NCBI GenBank assembly: GCA_039811685.1
Contig: JBDHZC010000007.1
Span: 96,001-160,000, forward strand
DNA length: 64,000 nt
From: Armatimonadota bacterium
Lineage (GTDB): Bacteria; Armatimonadota; UBA5829; DSUL01
Direction: 5' to 3'
Within the stretch, counting starts at the first letter, position 1. Every line of letters begins with the position of its first letter. A program made the position numbers and the translations under genes. The notes under the pieces were generated by a model that saw only the letters and a list, made by a program, of their open reading frames with translations, was not told the DNA's origin and searched no databases. Below are positions 10,000 to 20,931 of the stretch, one piece after another.

Positions 10000-10944
10000 T
10001 CAGGCCTCGGCGCTGTCGCCGTCTGCGGAAATGTCTGCTGCGCCCGCAGAAGTGTCCTCAGATGAGGTGACAGGCTCGGCCTGGGCAACTCCGACAGCAG
10101 TCAACTCGGATGCAGTAGCGGCTGCGGGCCCTTCTCCTTCGTGACCATCGGGGGAGGCGGAAAACACAGCCGCATCCTCGGCCGTCACAACACTTTCTTC
10201 TTCCGAGGCTTCCACCTGTGAGATATCCTCACCGTCTTCAACCACCTCTGCGCCCTGCCATTCGATCTGCTTGACTTCGATGATAGCCTCCGACATCTTC
10301 TGACACATCAGCTTGATAGCGCGGATGGCGTCGTCGTTGCCAGGGATGACCAGATCCACCTCGTCAGGGTCGCAGTTGGTGTCAACGATAGCGACGACAG
10401 GAATCTCCAATTTGCGCGCTTCCTGAACAGCGATGTGCTCTTTCTTGAGGTCTACAATGAAAACTGCGCCCGGGAGCTCCGGCATGTCTTTGATACCGCC
10501 GAGGTAGCGCTCCAGGCGGTCTTTCTCCTCACGCAGAAGACTGGCTTCTTTCTTGTTGAACTTCTCGAAGCTGCCGTCCGCTTCCATGGTCTCCAGATCG
10601 CGCAGACGCTGAATACGGTCTTTAATGGTGCGGTAGTTAGTCAGCATACCACCGAGCCAGCGCTGATTCACCCAGTACTGGCGGCACTTTCGAGCGGCAT
10701 CCTCAACCGCTTCCTGCGCCTGTTTCTTCGTCCCGACGAATAGAATCGGCTTGTTGTCTTCGGCAACAGACTGAATGAACGCGCGCGCGTCTTCAAAGAG
10801 CTTGAGAGTCTGGTGGAGGTCAATAATGTAGATACCGTTGCGTCCCCCATAGATGTACCTTTTCATCTTGGGGTTCCAGCGGTTGGTGCGGTGGCCGAAA
10901 TGAACTCCTGCTTCGAGAAGCTCTTTCATGCTGATACTGGGCAT
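10000..10944 (-). CDS. rpsB: 30S ribosomal protein S2 with acidic C-terminal tail
   Basis: [32 protein letters not shown] and PGNDDAIRA motifs; AAGGA before the ATG at 10944. Confidence 0.97.
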   Translation of the reverse strand: MPSISMKELLEAGVHFGHRTNRWNPKMKRYIYGGRNGIYIIDLHQTLKLFEDARAFIQSVAEDNKPILFVGTKKQAQEAVEDAARKCRQYWVNQRWLGGMLTNYRTIKDRIQRLRDLETMEADGSFEKFNKKEASLLREEKDRLERYLGGIKDMPELPGAVFIVDLKKEHIAVQEARKLEIPVVAIVDTNCDPDEVDLVIPGNDDAIRAIKLMCQKMSEAIIEVKQIEWQGAEVVEDGEDISQVEASEEESVVTAEDAAVFSASPDGHEGEGPAAATASELTAVGVAQAEPVTSSEDTSAGAADISADGDSAEA

Positions 10945-11165
10945 AGATTTTCCTTTCAGGTTATCGCGTTGATCTCGCTTCAACCCTGCGGCGCGAGCCC
11001 GGCGCTGCAACAATTGTGCACACGACGAACTCGACCCAGCCGCGCGGTCCACGAGACTGTGAAGTGAGCAAAGCCCCGAATGTTATGCCACAGATCTTCT
11101 GAGCCAGCACGGGACTGCCCGTAACCGAAACGCGCTCTGCGCTTCGAAAACGACACAAACGCTGG

Positions 11166-11195
11166 ATTGTAGCACCACGCTTAGCGATAGCGCAA
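11166..11195 (-). promoter_or_regulatory. Putative sigma70 promoter of the rpsB operon
   Basis: TTGCGC-N18-TACAAT with a TG extension, on the minus strand. Confidence 0.5.
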
Positions 11196-11264
11196 ATTCC
11201 TGAGCTCCGTGCAATCGAAGGCGAAGGGTCTGGAAATGAAGCGTTGAAGGCGACAAAGGGCACA

Positions 11265-12764
11265 CTAACGCACGGAAGCGCTGGCTGCCGGGCGCCCGGC
11301 AGTAAGAGACTCCGCTCCTCCAGCCGTCCAGTTCAGCACAGGAGCGGCCAGAATACCCACGACGATAACCAGAGCCGCGAGCGCGCCAAGGACAAAGCCG
11401 TACGTGGGGGAAGCGCTCACCGAAGGCTTGTCGGCCACGCCGGATGCAGGCTCTTCTTCCATAAACATGACCACGGTTACGCGCAGGTAGTAAAACACTC
11501 CCATGACGCTCGTAAGGACGGCAATCACCGCCAGGCCCGGATATCCGGCCTGGACCGCAGCGCTGAAGAGGAACAGCTTTCCAAAGAACCCGGCGAACGG
11601 TGGTATACCGGCGAGTGAAAGCAGAAAAACTGACATCAACGCCGCCAAGAGCGGGCTGCGCCGCGCAATGCCTCTGTAATCATCAATATCTTCCGCTTTG
11701 TCTCCCGAACCAGCAAAAACGATGACGACAGCGAATGCGCCGAAGTTCATCAGCGTGTACACAAGAAGATAGAACAGCACCGCGGACATGCCGTCAACGC
11801 CCGCCACGCTGTCGCGTGACAGCGTCAACAGCCCCATCAGAATATAGCCTGCGTGCGAGATGCTGGAATAAGCCAGGAGCCTCTTGATATTCTGCTGCGG
11901 AATGGCAATCAGGTTGCCCCAGATCATTGTGCCAGCCGCCAGGAGCCACAACAACAGGTGCCAGTTTGGAGATAGACCAGGGGCAACAATTCGGGCCAGC
12001 CCACCAAAGCCAGCAGCCTTGGCAACGACGGACATAAAAGCCGTGACAGATGTTGGAGCTCCTTCATAGACATCTGGAGTCCACATGTGAAAGGGAACAA
12101 GCGCCACCTTGAATCCCAGAGCCACCAGAACCATCCCCACGCCCATGGTCAGCATGGCTCCCGAATTGGCGGCAAGGGCGGCAGCGATGGAAGTCGTACC
12201 CGTCGCAGCAAAAACCAGAGCTGTGCCATACACGAAGAACGCGGACGCGAAGGAACCGAGCAGAAAGTACTTGAGCGCCGCTTCCTGGCTGATGCCCTCC
12301 AGGCGTCGAAATCCAGAGAGCACGTACAGCGGTATCGACAGGAGCTCCAGCCCCAGAAACATCATAATGAAGTTGTCTGAGGCTCCCATCAGCATCGCGC
12401 CGGACGAAGAGAACATCATCAGGGCATAGTACTCACCGCGCGCCAGAGATTCGCGGTTGACATACGGGCTTGAAATGATGATCCCGATAGCGGTGGCAAT
12501 AAGGATGATAAGGTCGAAAACGACAGTGAAGCTGTCAATGGACTGCATTCCGAGCGGCGCGGTGGCAATCTGGGACGCATGAACAGTCACGCACCCGCTG
12601 ACAATCACACCGATCAGCCCAAGCGCCGGGAGCAGGCTGTGCGTCGAGCGCGGGCGGAAAGCGCCGACAAGCAGCACGAGCGCCGCCGCGGCAGCCAGTG
12701 ACCACACCGGTGCGGACACCCACAGGTTCTGCTTGATAAACTCAGTTGTCAGATCGATGCTCAT
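11265..12764 (-). CDS. nuoN: NADH-quinone oxidoreductase subunit N
   Basis: LELLSIPLY, EAALKYF, FKVALVPFHMWTPDVYEGAP and KRLLAYSSISHAGY motifs. Confidence 0.95.
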   Translation of the reverse strand: MSIDLTTEFIKQNLWVSAPVWSLAAAAALVLLVGAFRPRSTHSLLPALGLIGVIVSGCVTVHASQIATAPLGMQSIDSFTVVFDLIILIATAIGIIISSPYVNRESLARGEYYALMMFSSSGAMLMGASDNFIMMFLGLELLSIPLYVLSGFRRLEGISQEAALKYFLLGSFASAFFVYGTALVFAATGTTSIAAALAANSGAMLTMGVGMVLVALGFKVALVPFHMWTPDVYEGAPTSVTAFMSVVAKAAGFGGLARIVAPGLSPNWHLLLWLLAAGTMIWGNLIAIPQQNIKRLLAYSSISHAGYILMGLLTLSRDSVAGVDGMSAVLFYLLVYTLMNFGAFAVVIVFAGSGDKAEDIDDYRGIARRSPLLAALMSVFLLSLAGIPPFAGFFGKLFLFSAAVQAGYPGLAVIAVLTSVMGVFYYLRVTVVMFMEEEPASGVADKPSVSASPTYGFVLGALAALVIVVGILAAPVLNWTAGGAESLTAGRPAASASVR

Positions 12765-14377
12765 CGAGTATGAAGAATCTCCAGTTGATCGGGCTGCTCT
12801 GCAGACTGCGCAAGAGCGGGAGAGGCGTGGGTCCGCCGGCTTTCAGTTGACGGAACGGAAGGCGAGATGGAGGCCTGGCGGGCGTTTTCAACAGTCTGCA
12901 CGATGCGCAGAACGCTGGGCTCTACGCGCTCCAGGATAGGCTTCGGATAGACCCCGAAGAATATGACACCAACGGCCAGCGGGGTCAGCACGGCAATCTC
13001 ACGAGCGCTCAGGTCCAGAAGGCTCTTGTTCTCCTCATTAGTCATCGGCCCATGCAGGACGCGCTGCACCATCCAGAGCAGGTAACAGGCGCTGAGAACG
13101 GCGGTACTGGCGCCGAGCACCGCATACCACGGATTGCGCATCCAGCTCCCCAGAAACACCAGAAACTCTCCGACGAAGCCCGAGAGAAACGGCAGGCCGA
13201 TGGAAGCCATTGTAATGATGATAAAGACAGCGCCATACTTGGGCATTACACTGTAGATGCCGCCGTAATCGGCAATCTGGCGCGTGTGCCTGCGCTCATA
13301 GATCATCCCGACAAGGAGAAACAGCGCTCCTGTGGCCAGCCCATGGCTGATCATCTGGTAAACACCGCCCTGCAGTCCCTCGAGCGTGAATACGAAGATA
13401 CCGAGCATAGCTATGCCCAGATGACTGACAGAAGTGTACGCCACCAGCTTCTTCATGTCAGGCTGGCGCAGGGCCACCAATGCCCCGTAAATGATGCTGA
13501 TGATAGCCAGCGTCACCAGAAGAGGCGCAAAGTGCAGGCTGGCGTTGGGGAAAAGTGGCAGACAGAACCGCAAGAAGCCGTAAGTGCCCATCTTCAGCAA
13601 CAAACCGGCCAGAATGACAGACCCGGCCGTGGGCGCTTCTACGTGCGCATCGGGTAGCCAGGTGTGAAACGGAAACATTGGCACTTTGATGGCGAAGGCG
13701 AGCGCGAACGCCAGGAACAGAAGCGTCTGCGCGGCTGCGGTGAGATGCATCACGTAGAGCTTGGGCAGATCGAAGGTCAGCTCACCCGTCGTTTTGAAAT
13801 TGATCCACACCATCACGAGGATGGCCACCAGCATCAGCAGGCTGCCCACCATCGTATACAGGAAGAACTTGACTGCGGCGTATATTCGCCGCTGCCCACC
13901 CCACATCCCAATGATGAAATACATCGGGATGAGCATAGCTTCCCAGAAAACATAGAAAAGCACGAGGTCCAGAGCGCAGAATACGCCGATCATCGCGCTC
14001 TCCAGAAGCAGCATCAGCGCGTAGTACTCTTTCTGGCGATCTTTAATGCCGGCGAAGGAGCCGAGAATGGCGACAGCGCTGAGGAACGTGGTCAAGAGCA
14101 CCATCACCAGACTGATACCATCCAGACCGATGTGATAGGTGAGCGCCGGTTGCCCCATCAACTGAATCCAGGGCTTTTGCACCTCGAACTGCCAGACTGC
14201 GCCACTGCTTGAGTAAAGGAAGAACAGCGGTACGCTGAGCGCAAAGGTAATCAGCGCCAGGACAAAAGCGAAACCCTTCGCAGCGGATTCCGCTTTGCGG
14301 GGAAAGAAAGGCAGTACGGCCGCGCCTGCGAGCGGCAGAAAGATCAACAGTGAAAGAATGCACTGGTTGTAATGCAT
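12761..14377 (-). CDS. nuoM: NADH-quinone oxidoreductase subunit M
   Basis: FYVFWEAMLIPMY, KVPMFPFHTWLPDAHVEAPT and LLKMGTYG motifs. Confidence 0.95.
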   Translation of the reverse strand: MHYNQCILSLLIFLPLAGAAVLPFFPRKAESAAKGFAFVLALITFALSVPLFFLYSSSGAVWQFEVQKPWIQLMGQPALTYHIGLDGISLVMVLLTTFLSAVAILGSFAGIKDRQKEYYALMLLLESAMIGVFCALDLVLFYVFWEAMLIPMYFIIGMWGGQRRIYAAVKFFLYTMVGSLLMLVAILVMVWINFKTTGELTFDLPKLYVMHLTAAAQTLLFLAFALAFAIKVPMFPFHTWLPDAHVEAPTAGSVILAGLLLKMGTYGFLRFCLPLFPNASLHFAPLLVTLAIISIIYGALVALRQPDMKKLVAYTSVSHLGIAMLGIFVFTLEGLQGGVYQMISHGLATGALFLLVGMIYERRHTRQIADYGGIYSVMPKYGAVFIIITMASIGLPFLSGFVGEFLVFLGSWMRNPWYAVLGASTAVLSACYLLWMVQRVLHGPMTNEENKSLLDLSAREIAVLTPLAVGVIFFGVYPKPILERVEPSVLRIVQTVENARQASISPSVPSTESRRTHASPALAQSAEQPDQLEILHTR

Positions 14378-14402
14378 AAGCCGGTGAGTCTATCCGTTTC
14401 TG

Positions 14403-16394
14403 CTATCTGGTCAGCACCCAGATGACGACAATCGCGCCGAGTACCATCCCCGCCGCATAGTTGCGCACGTAGCCAGTCTGCAATCCGCGGAAGAGATGGC
14501 TGAAAATACCGACGATCGTTGCGACGGCGTTGACGATGGCGTCAATAACCAGCACATCGATCCCGCGCCAGAGGAAATAGGCCAGGCCCATTCCGGGGCG
14601 CACAACAACAGCCTTGTAAAACTCATCAACGTAGAACTTGTTAAGCAGCAGGTTGTACAGCCACGGAGCGCTGCGAGCTATTGACCAGGCGCTTCCGGGC
14701 TTTCTGACGTACATCTGATAGCCCGCGTAGATGCCCAGAACCGACAGCACCACTGTAACGCCCATCAGGCGCATCTCCCAGACGTGGCTGGTTGGGACGA
14801 TCTGGCGATGGAGCATCTCGAGCGCGCGCGCGACGTCCGCCTGCGTTCCCACAGACGGAGCGAGAAAATCTGAAAACGTCTCGGCGGAAGCGCCAAACAG
14901 GTGTGTCAGCCAGCCGATCGGCGCAATCTTCATCAGCGCCTCAGGCATGTTTAGAAACCCTGCGAATACCGCCCCCACCGCCAGCAGGATCAGCACAATA
15001 CTCATTGACGCAGGGGATTCGTGAATGTGGCGCTGAGTCTCTTCATCCATGCGCGGCTGGCCGTGAAAAGTCTTATAGGTCACGCGCGCCATGTAAAACG
15101 CAGTCAACAGAGCCGTCACAACCCCAACAGTCCACAGAACTACTCCGCCAAGCGGAGAGCTGAACGCGTACCACAGAATCTGGTCTTTGGAGATGAACCC
15201 GGAAAACAGCGGAATGCCCGCGATAGCCAGCGTCGCTATCCAGAACGTCCAGGTAGTCACCGGCATCCATCTGGACAGCCCACCCATTCGCCGGATGTCC
15301 TGCTCGTCATGCATAGCGTGAATGACGCTCCCGGACCCAAGGAACAGCAGCGCCTTGAAGAAGGCATGCGTCATCACATGAAAAATCCCAGCGGCAAATG
15401 CGCCAACTCCGCAGGCCATAAACATGTAGCCAAGCTGAGACACAGTGGAGTACGCGAGGACGCGCTTGATGTCGTTTTGCACCAGTCCGATCAGCGCCGC
15501 GAATAACGCCGTAGCCGCGCCGATACCCGCGACGACCATCAGCGCGACAGGCGCATGAACGAACAATATATGACAGCGCGCCACCATATAGACACCCGCC
15601 GTGACCATGGTGGCGGCATGGATGAGAGCGGAAACGGGAGTCGGGCCTTCCATCGCGTCCGGCAACCAGACGTAGAGTGGTATCTGGGCGGACTTGCCTG
15701 TCGCGCCCGCAAACAACAGCAGGCAGATAATGGTCATCGTCACAGTCGGGACCGCGAGAGGCGCAGCGGCGACTTTCGCAAACACATCCTGGAAAGTCAA
15801 AGAACCGAAGGTTACGAAGATGAACAGCATTCCCAGAATGAAGCACCAGTCACCCACGCGGTTGACGATGAAGGCTTTCTGCCCGGCAGCGGCGGCGGAA
15901 GGTCTTTCGAACCAGAACCCGATCAGCAGATAGCTGCACAGCGCCACCCCTTCCCAGCCCACGTACATCAACAGGAAGTTGTCGGCCAGGACAAGCAGCA
16001 ACATCGCGAACGTGAACAGGTTCATGTAGGCGAAGAAGCGGGGGTAGCGGGGGTCATGCGCCATATACCCCATCGAGTACACGTGAATGAGGAATCCAAT
16101 CCCCGATACCACGCACACCATCACTGCGGACAGCGGATCCAGCACGAATGCCACCTGCGTGTGCACGGCCCCCGTGGCGATCCAGTCAAAAAGAGACTGG
16201 TGGAGCACCCGCTGGTCCTCCGGCAGACCCAACAGATGCAGCAGCCCCATGACAGAGACGATCAGGCTCCCCAGAACAGCCAGGCTGGCGATAGCGCCGG
16301 AGACCTTCCTGGGCAGCAGATGGCCGATGAAGGCATTAATGAATACACCGATGAGCGGGCAAAGCGGTATTAGCCACAGATACTTGAAGTCCAA
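14403..16394 (-). CDS. nuoL: NADH-quinone oxidoreductase subunit L
   Basis: WEGVALCSYLLIGFW, KSAQIPLYVWLPDAMEGPTPVSALIHAATMV and THAFFKALLF motifs. Confidence 0.95.
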   Translation of the reverse strand: MDFKYLWLIPLCPLIGVFINAFIGHLLPRKVSGAIASLAVLGSLIVSVMGLLHLLGLPEDQRVLHQSLFDWIATGAVHTQVAFVLDPLSAVMVCVVSGIGFLIHVYSMGYMAHDPRYPRFFAYMNLFTFAMLLLVLADNFLLMYVGWEGVALCSYLLIGFWFERPSAAAAGQKAFIVNRVGDWCFILGMLFIFVTFGSLTFQDVFAKVAAAPLAVPTVTMTIICLLLFAGATGKSAQIPLYVWLPDAMEGPTPVSALIHAATMVTAGVYMVARCHILFVHAPVALMVVAGIGAATALFAALIGLVQNDIKRVLAYSTVSQLGYMFMACGVGAFAAGIFHVMTHAFFKALLFLGSGSVIHAMHDEQDIRRMGGLSRWMPVTTWTFWIATLAIAGIPLFSGFISKDQILWYAFSSPLGGVVLWTVGVVTALLTAFYMARVTYKTFHGQPRMDEETQRHIHESPASMSIVLILLAVGAVFAGFLNMPEALMKIAPIGWLTHLFGASAETFSDFLAPSVGTQADVARALEMLHRQIVPTSHVWEMRLMGVTVVLSVLGIYAGYQMYVRKPGSAWSIARSAPWLYNLLLNKFYVDEFYKAVVVRPGMGLAYFLWRGIDVLVIDAIVNAVATIVGIFSHLFRGLQTGYVRNYAAGMVLGAIVVIWVLTR

Positions 16395-16396
16395 CC

Positions 16397-16714
<318 letters not shown>

Positions 16715-17224
16715 CTACGGGAACCTCCTCAAAGCCAGCACAACAGCGCCAATCATAGCGGCCAGCAAGACAAGCGACGTAATCTCAAAAGGAAGCAGAT
16801 AGCTGCTGAACAGCAACTGACCGATGCGCTCCGGTGAACCAAAGTCCGCAGCGATCGCCTGAGGGAAATGACGGACGCCTTCTCCGGCCCTGGCAATGTG
16901 CAGCGCCGCCTCGAACAACAACACACATCCGAGAACGATTGCCGCCGCCAACTGCCACGATGGGTTTTCTCTCAGTGGACCTTCAGCGCCACCAACATTG
17001 AGCAACATCATCACGAACAGAAACAGCACCATAATGGCGCCGGCATACACGGCAACCTGTACGATGAAGATAAACTCGGCGCCCAGCAGCAGAAAAAAGA
17101 TCGCCAGAGAGACCAGCACCAGCACAAGACTCAATGCCCCGTGCACAGCGTTCTTCGAGAGTACAAGATACAGCGCAAAGAACACCGCGACAGCGGCTAT
17201 AAGGACAAACGGGATCCAGGTCAT
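16715..17224 (-). CDS. nuoJ: NADH-quinone oxidoreductase subunit J
   Basis: AEF...QVAVYAGAIMVLFLFV and YLLPFEITS.VLL.AMIGAV motifs. Confidence 0.95.
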   Translation of the reverse strand: MTWIPFVLIAAVAVFFALYLVLSKNAVHGALSLVLVLVSLAIFFLLLGAEFIFIVQVAVYAGAIMVLFLFVMMLLNVGGAEGPLRENPSWQLAAAIVLGCVLLFEAALHIARAGEGVRHFPQAIAADFGSPERIGQLLFSSYLLPFEITSLVLLAAMIGAVVLALRRFP

Positions 17225-17252
17225 CGGCCTGCCACTCTCCTGCCAGTCACGT

Positions 17253-18398
17253 TCACCCTCTCACCGCATCCGGCTGAGGGACAACCTGACGGTGCTGCTC
17301 GAGCTGACGGGAGTTCACCAGCCTCAGCACTGCGAGGAAGACTACAAAAAGCGCGATGTTAACTGCCGTGAGCCACAGCGTCGCGCGCTCTTTGGCCACC
17401 ACAATCACAACCGCCGTAGCCGCCAGATTCAGCAAGGCGGCGGGAATCATCACCTTCCATCCGAAGCCCATGAGCTGGTCGTAGCGAATGCGCGGCCACG
17501 AAGCTCGCACCCACATGTAGAAAATGATGAAAGCGAAAATCTTCAGGATGAACCAGATCAGATTCAGATACCAGACATCCGGCCCAAAGCCGTGCCAGCC
17601 CCCCAGATACATCACTGTAGCCAGGGCGCTTGTAGTGACCATGTTCACGTACTCACCCATAAAAAACATGGCGAACCGAAAGCCTGTATACTCCGTGTGA
17701 AAGCCCGCTACCAGCTCGGACTCCGCTTCCGCCATGTCAAACGGAGCGCGGTTCAACTCAGCATTGCTTGCCACGACAAAGAGCAGAAAACCTATGAACT
17801 GAGGACCTATGTTCCAGATGCCCTGCTTCACCTGCTGATTGACGATGTCTAGCAAATCCAGGGAGCCCGCCAGCAAGACAACCGCAACGACAGTCAGACC
17901 AACAGGAATCTCGTAGGAGATCATCTGGGCGCTGGCCCGTAGACCTCCAAGCAGCGAATACTTGTTGTTGGAGCTCCACCCAGCAAGCGTGATGCCATAG
18001 ACAGCCAGCGACGATAGCGCAAGCACATAGAGAATACCGATGTTCACATGCGCAACCTGCAGGTAAACCACACGGCCCGCAACGTGAATAGGTTCCCCAA
18101 AAGGCACGACTGCAAAGGCCGCCAGCGCAGGGACGATGCTGATGACAGGCGCAAGGTAGTACACCAGCTTGTCAACCCCGGTCGGAATGATATTCTCCTT
18201 GGCCATGAGTTTCACGGCGTCAGCGAGAGGCTGCAACAGACCGAACGGACCGACACGGTTTGGCCCGATGCGCTGCTGCATTCGCGCGACAACCTTGCGC
18301 TCCAGCCAGATGAGTACAGGCACAAGCTGCAGCAGCACCACAAAAATGATCACTGCCTTGATGAGGCTTGCTATCCAGTCAAAAGTAGTATTGCTCAT
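17253..18398 (-). CDS. nuoH: NADH-quinone oxidoreductase subunit H
   Basis: ERKV...[29 protein letters not shown] and [21 protein letters not shown] motifs. Confidence 0.96.
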   Translation of the reverse strand: MSNTTFDWIASLIKAVIIFVVLLQLVPVLIWLERKVVARMQQRIGPNRVGPFGLLQPLADAVKLMAKENIIPTGVDKLVYYLAPVISIVPALAAFAVVPFGEPIHVAGRVVYLQVAHVNIGILYVLALSSLAVYGITLAGWSSNNKYSLLGGLRASAQMISYEIPVGLTVVAVVLLAGSLDLLDIVNQQVKQGIWNIGPQFIGFLLFVVASNAELNRAPFDMAEAESELVAGFHTEYTGFRFAMFFMGEYVNMVTTSALATVMYLGGWHGFGPDVWYLNLIWFILKIFAFIIFYMWVRASWPRIRYDQLMGFGWKVMIPAALLNLAATAVVIVVAKERATLWLTAVNIALFVVFLAVLRLVNSRQLEQHRQVVPQPDAVRG

Positions 18399-18421
18399 TA
18401 TCTAAGACGAAGGGCTAAAGG

Positions 18422-19699
18422 TCAGTGTCCGTTTTGCGCGCGCTGCTGGCAGCCGCCGTTTCTCACATGCTCCTCAAACTCGTGCCGCCAGTGCTCAATG
18501 CCTGATACCACCGACATAATGGAAGTGTCTCCGAGCGGGCAGAAACATTTGCCATCCATGTTGTCCGTGATGTCCAGGAGGAGATCGATATCGTCCATCT
18601 GGCCGCCCGTCAGCTCAAGCTCGTTCAGGATTTTGAACATCCAGTCCGTGCCTTCGCGGCACGGCGTGCACTTGCCACATGACTCGTGCCGGTAGAAGTG
18701 AACCAGATTGCGCGCAACACCGACCATGCACGTTGTCTCATCCATAACGATCATTCCAGCAGACCCGAGCATAGAGCCCGCCGCCTGGATGGATTCGTAG
18801 TCGTAGTTAATGTCGCACTTCTCCGCCGGAAGAATGGGGACGCTTGACCCGCCGGGAATCACAGCCTTGAGTTTGTGGCCATCACGCACCCCACCGGCAA
18901 ACTCGTTGATCAGCGTCATCATAGGAGTCGCCAGCGGGACTTCGTAGTTCCCGGGGCGATTCACATGCCCGGAAATGGAGACCACTTTGGTACCGGCGCT
19001 GCGCTCGGTTCCCCACTGCTTGAACCAATCCGCACCGTTGTTCACAATGTGCGAGATATTAGCCAGTGTCTCCACGTTGTTGATGATGGTGGGACTGGCG
19101 TAAAGGCCCGATACAGCAGGAAACGGCGGCTTCAGGCGCGGCAACCCGCGCTGCCCCTCCAGCGAGTTCAGAAGCGCTGATTCCTCTCCACAGATATAGG
19201 CGCCTGCTCCGGGGTGCACAGCCAGATCGACGTCAACCCCCGTGCCCTGAATGTTCTTGCCGAGATACCCTCTGGCATAAGCCTGTTCAATAGCTCTGCT
19301 GACTATCTGGATTGGACCGACGAACTCCCCCCGGATATAGATAAAGCCTGTCTTGGCGCCAATAGCGTGACAGGCGAGAATCATCCCTTCGAGAAGCTGG
19401 TGCGGGTTGACCTCCATCAACTGACGATCCTTGAATGTGCCAGGCTCAGATTCATCCGCGTTGCACACAAGGTAGTGCGGTTTGGATGTGTCCTTGGGGA
19501 CAAAGCTCCACTTCATTCCAGTTGGAAAACCAGCCCCACCCCGTCCACGCAGACCCGAGGCTTTAACAAGCTCGATCAGCTCATCAGGAGCCATAGTGAG
19601 CCCTTTTTGCAGAGAGCTGTAACCTCCATTGCCCACGTAAACGTCAAGGTCTTTGACGTTGTCAATATGGTTGCGGCTGAAGACAATCTCATTGGCCAT
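18422..19699 (-). CDS. nuoF: NADH-quinone oxidoreductase subunit F (FMN, 4Fe-4S)
   Basis: GLRGRGGAGFPTGMKW, NADESEPGTFKD, GAGAYICGEE and ESCGKCTPCREG motifs. Confidence 0.96.
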   Translation of the reverse strand: MANEIVFSRNHIDNVKDLDVYVGNGGYSSLQKGLTMAPDELIELVKASGLRGRGGAGFPTGMKWSFVPKDTSKPHYLVCNADESEPGTFKDRQLMEVNPHQLLEGMILACHAIGAKTGFIYIRGEFVGPIQIVSRAIEQAYARGYLGKNIQGTGVDVDLAVHPGAGAYICGEESALLNSLEGQRGLPRLKPPFPAVSGLYASPTIINNVETLANISHIVNNGADWFKQWGTERSAGTKVVSISGHVNRPGNYEVPLATPMMTLINEFAGGVRDGHKLKAVIPGGSSVPILPAEKCDINYDYESIQAAGSMLGSAGMIVMDETTCMVGVARNLVHFYRHESCGKCTPCREGTDWMFKILNELELTGGQMDDIDLLLDITDNMDGKCFCPLGDTSIMSVVSGIEHWRHEFEEHVRNGGCQQRAQNGH

Positions 19700-20247
19700 T
19701 ACGTGCTCTTTGCTCCTGCAGGTTTGTCCTCAAACGGAACAAGCTGTGGCGGCTCGGGATGATCGCTGGCGGGCTTGAAGCGCAGGTCGTCAATGATCGC
19801 GTCAAGCTGCTTGATGGTGAGTTTTTCGTAATACTTGTCGCCCAGCAACATCACCGGCGCCCCACCGCATGCGCCAAGGCACTCAACGGTTTCAAAGGTA
19901 AAGCGTCCGTCCGGGGTCGTTTCTCCTTCTTTGATGCCCAGCCGCTCTTCCAGGTGATTGACAAGCTGTCCGGACCCACACAGCTCGCACGACAGTGTCC
20001 CGCAGACCTGCAGAATGTACTTTCCAACCGAGTAGCGGTAGTACATGGTGTAGAAGCTGGCGACGCCTTTGACGTACGCTGGAGTTGCCTCCAGGAGCTC
20101 GGCGATGTCGATGATGGCCTCATCAGTTACAATTCCGTCCTGCTCCTGAGCAACATAGAGCGCCGGCAAAAGCGCAGAGCGCTTCTCCGGATAACGGGCG
20201 GCGATATCGTTAATTCGCTGTCTGGATTCTGCTGTAAGATGCGCCAT
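19699..20247 (-). CDS. nuoE: NADH-quinone oxidoreductase subunit E (2Fe-2S)
   Basis: VASFYTMY, CGTLSC and ECLGAC..AP motifs. Confidence 0.94.
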   Translation of the reverse strand: MAHLTAESRQRINDIAARYPEKRSALLPALYVAQEQDGIVTDEAIIDIAELLEATPAYVKGVASFYTMYYRYSVGKYILQVCGTLSCELCGSGQLVNHLEERLGIKEGETTPDGRFTFETVECLGACGGAPVMLLGDKYYEKLTIKQLDAIIDDLRFKPASDHPEPPQLVPFEDKPAGAKST

Positions 20248-20267
20248 AAAACTTAATCTCTAGACGG

Positions 20268-20627
20268 CTACTGCCACTCCAACGCGCCCACGCGCCAGAC
20301 ATACATATAGCCCAGAAGCAGAATTGCAAGAAAAATCCCCATCTCGATGAGTCCGAAGACCTGCAGCTGCCGAAATACCACAGCCCACGGGTACAGAAAG
20401 ATCACTTCGATGTCAAAGAGGATGAACAGCATCGCGACCAGATAGAACTTGACCGGAAAGCGCTCCCGAACCTCGCCAACGACCGGCTCTATTCCGCACT
20501 CGTAAGGGGCCAGTTTGCGCTCGTTGCCGCCTTTTGGCCGTCCAATGAACATAGCCAGACTCAATGCACCGACTGCAAATGCGGTGGCAATAATGAGCAT
20601 AAAAAGGATTGGTAAGTAAGGATTCAT
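20268..20627 (-). CDS. nuoA: NADH-quinone oxidoreductase subunit A
   Basis: PYECG, KFYLVAMLFILFDIE and GALEW motifs. Confidence 0.95.
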   Translation of the reverse strand: MNPYLPILFMLIIATAFAVGALSLAMFIGRPKGGNERKLAPYECGIEPVVGEVRERFPVKFYLVAMLFILFDIEVIFLYPWAVVFRQLQVFGLIEMGIFLAILLLGYMYVWRVGALEWQ

Positions 20628-20765
20628 CGCTGCGTGTCCTGCATTGTGCGCGATTCCGGCTGGGCGCGCCTGTGTTGCCTACACGAAAGGCCTCGACTTC
20701 GTGTAGTTTCGCACAAGCCACGGCACAAAAAACCGGCCAGGAAGACCCCGGCCGGAGCCGAAGAG

Positions 20766-20794
20766 ATTTTAGCCAAGCATCCTCCCCATGTCAA
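20766..20794 (-). promoter_or_regulatory. Sigma70 promoter of the nuo operon
   Basis: TTGACA-N17-TAAAAT on the minus strand, about 140 nt before nuoA. Confidence 0.75.
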
Positions 20795-20931
20795 CGCAAC
20801 TATTCTTCTTTCTCTGTTCACAAAGCGCGCATTGTGCCGAATACACTGGTGAGAGCGCTTCCCTTCGCTGGTTGGCGGTGGTATGATAAGCACAGCGGCA
20901 TGAAGGGCTCTTTCGGTAACGACTGAAGCTG

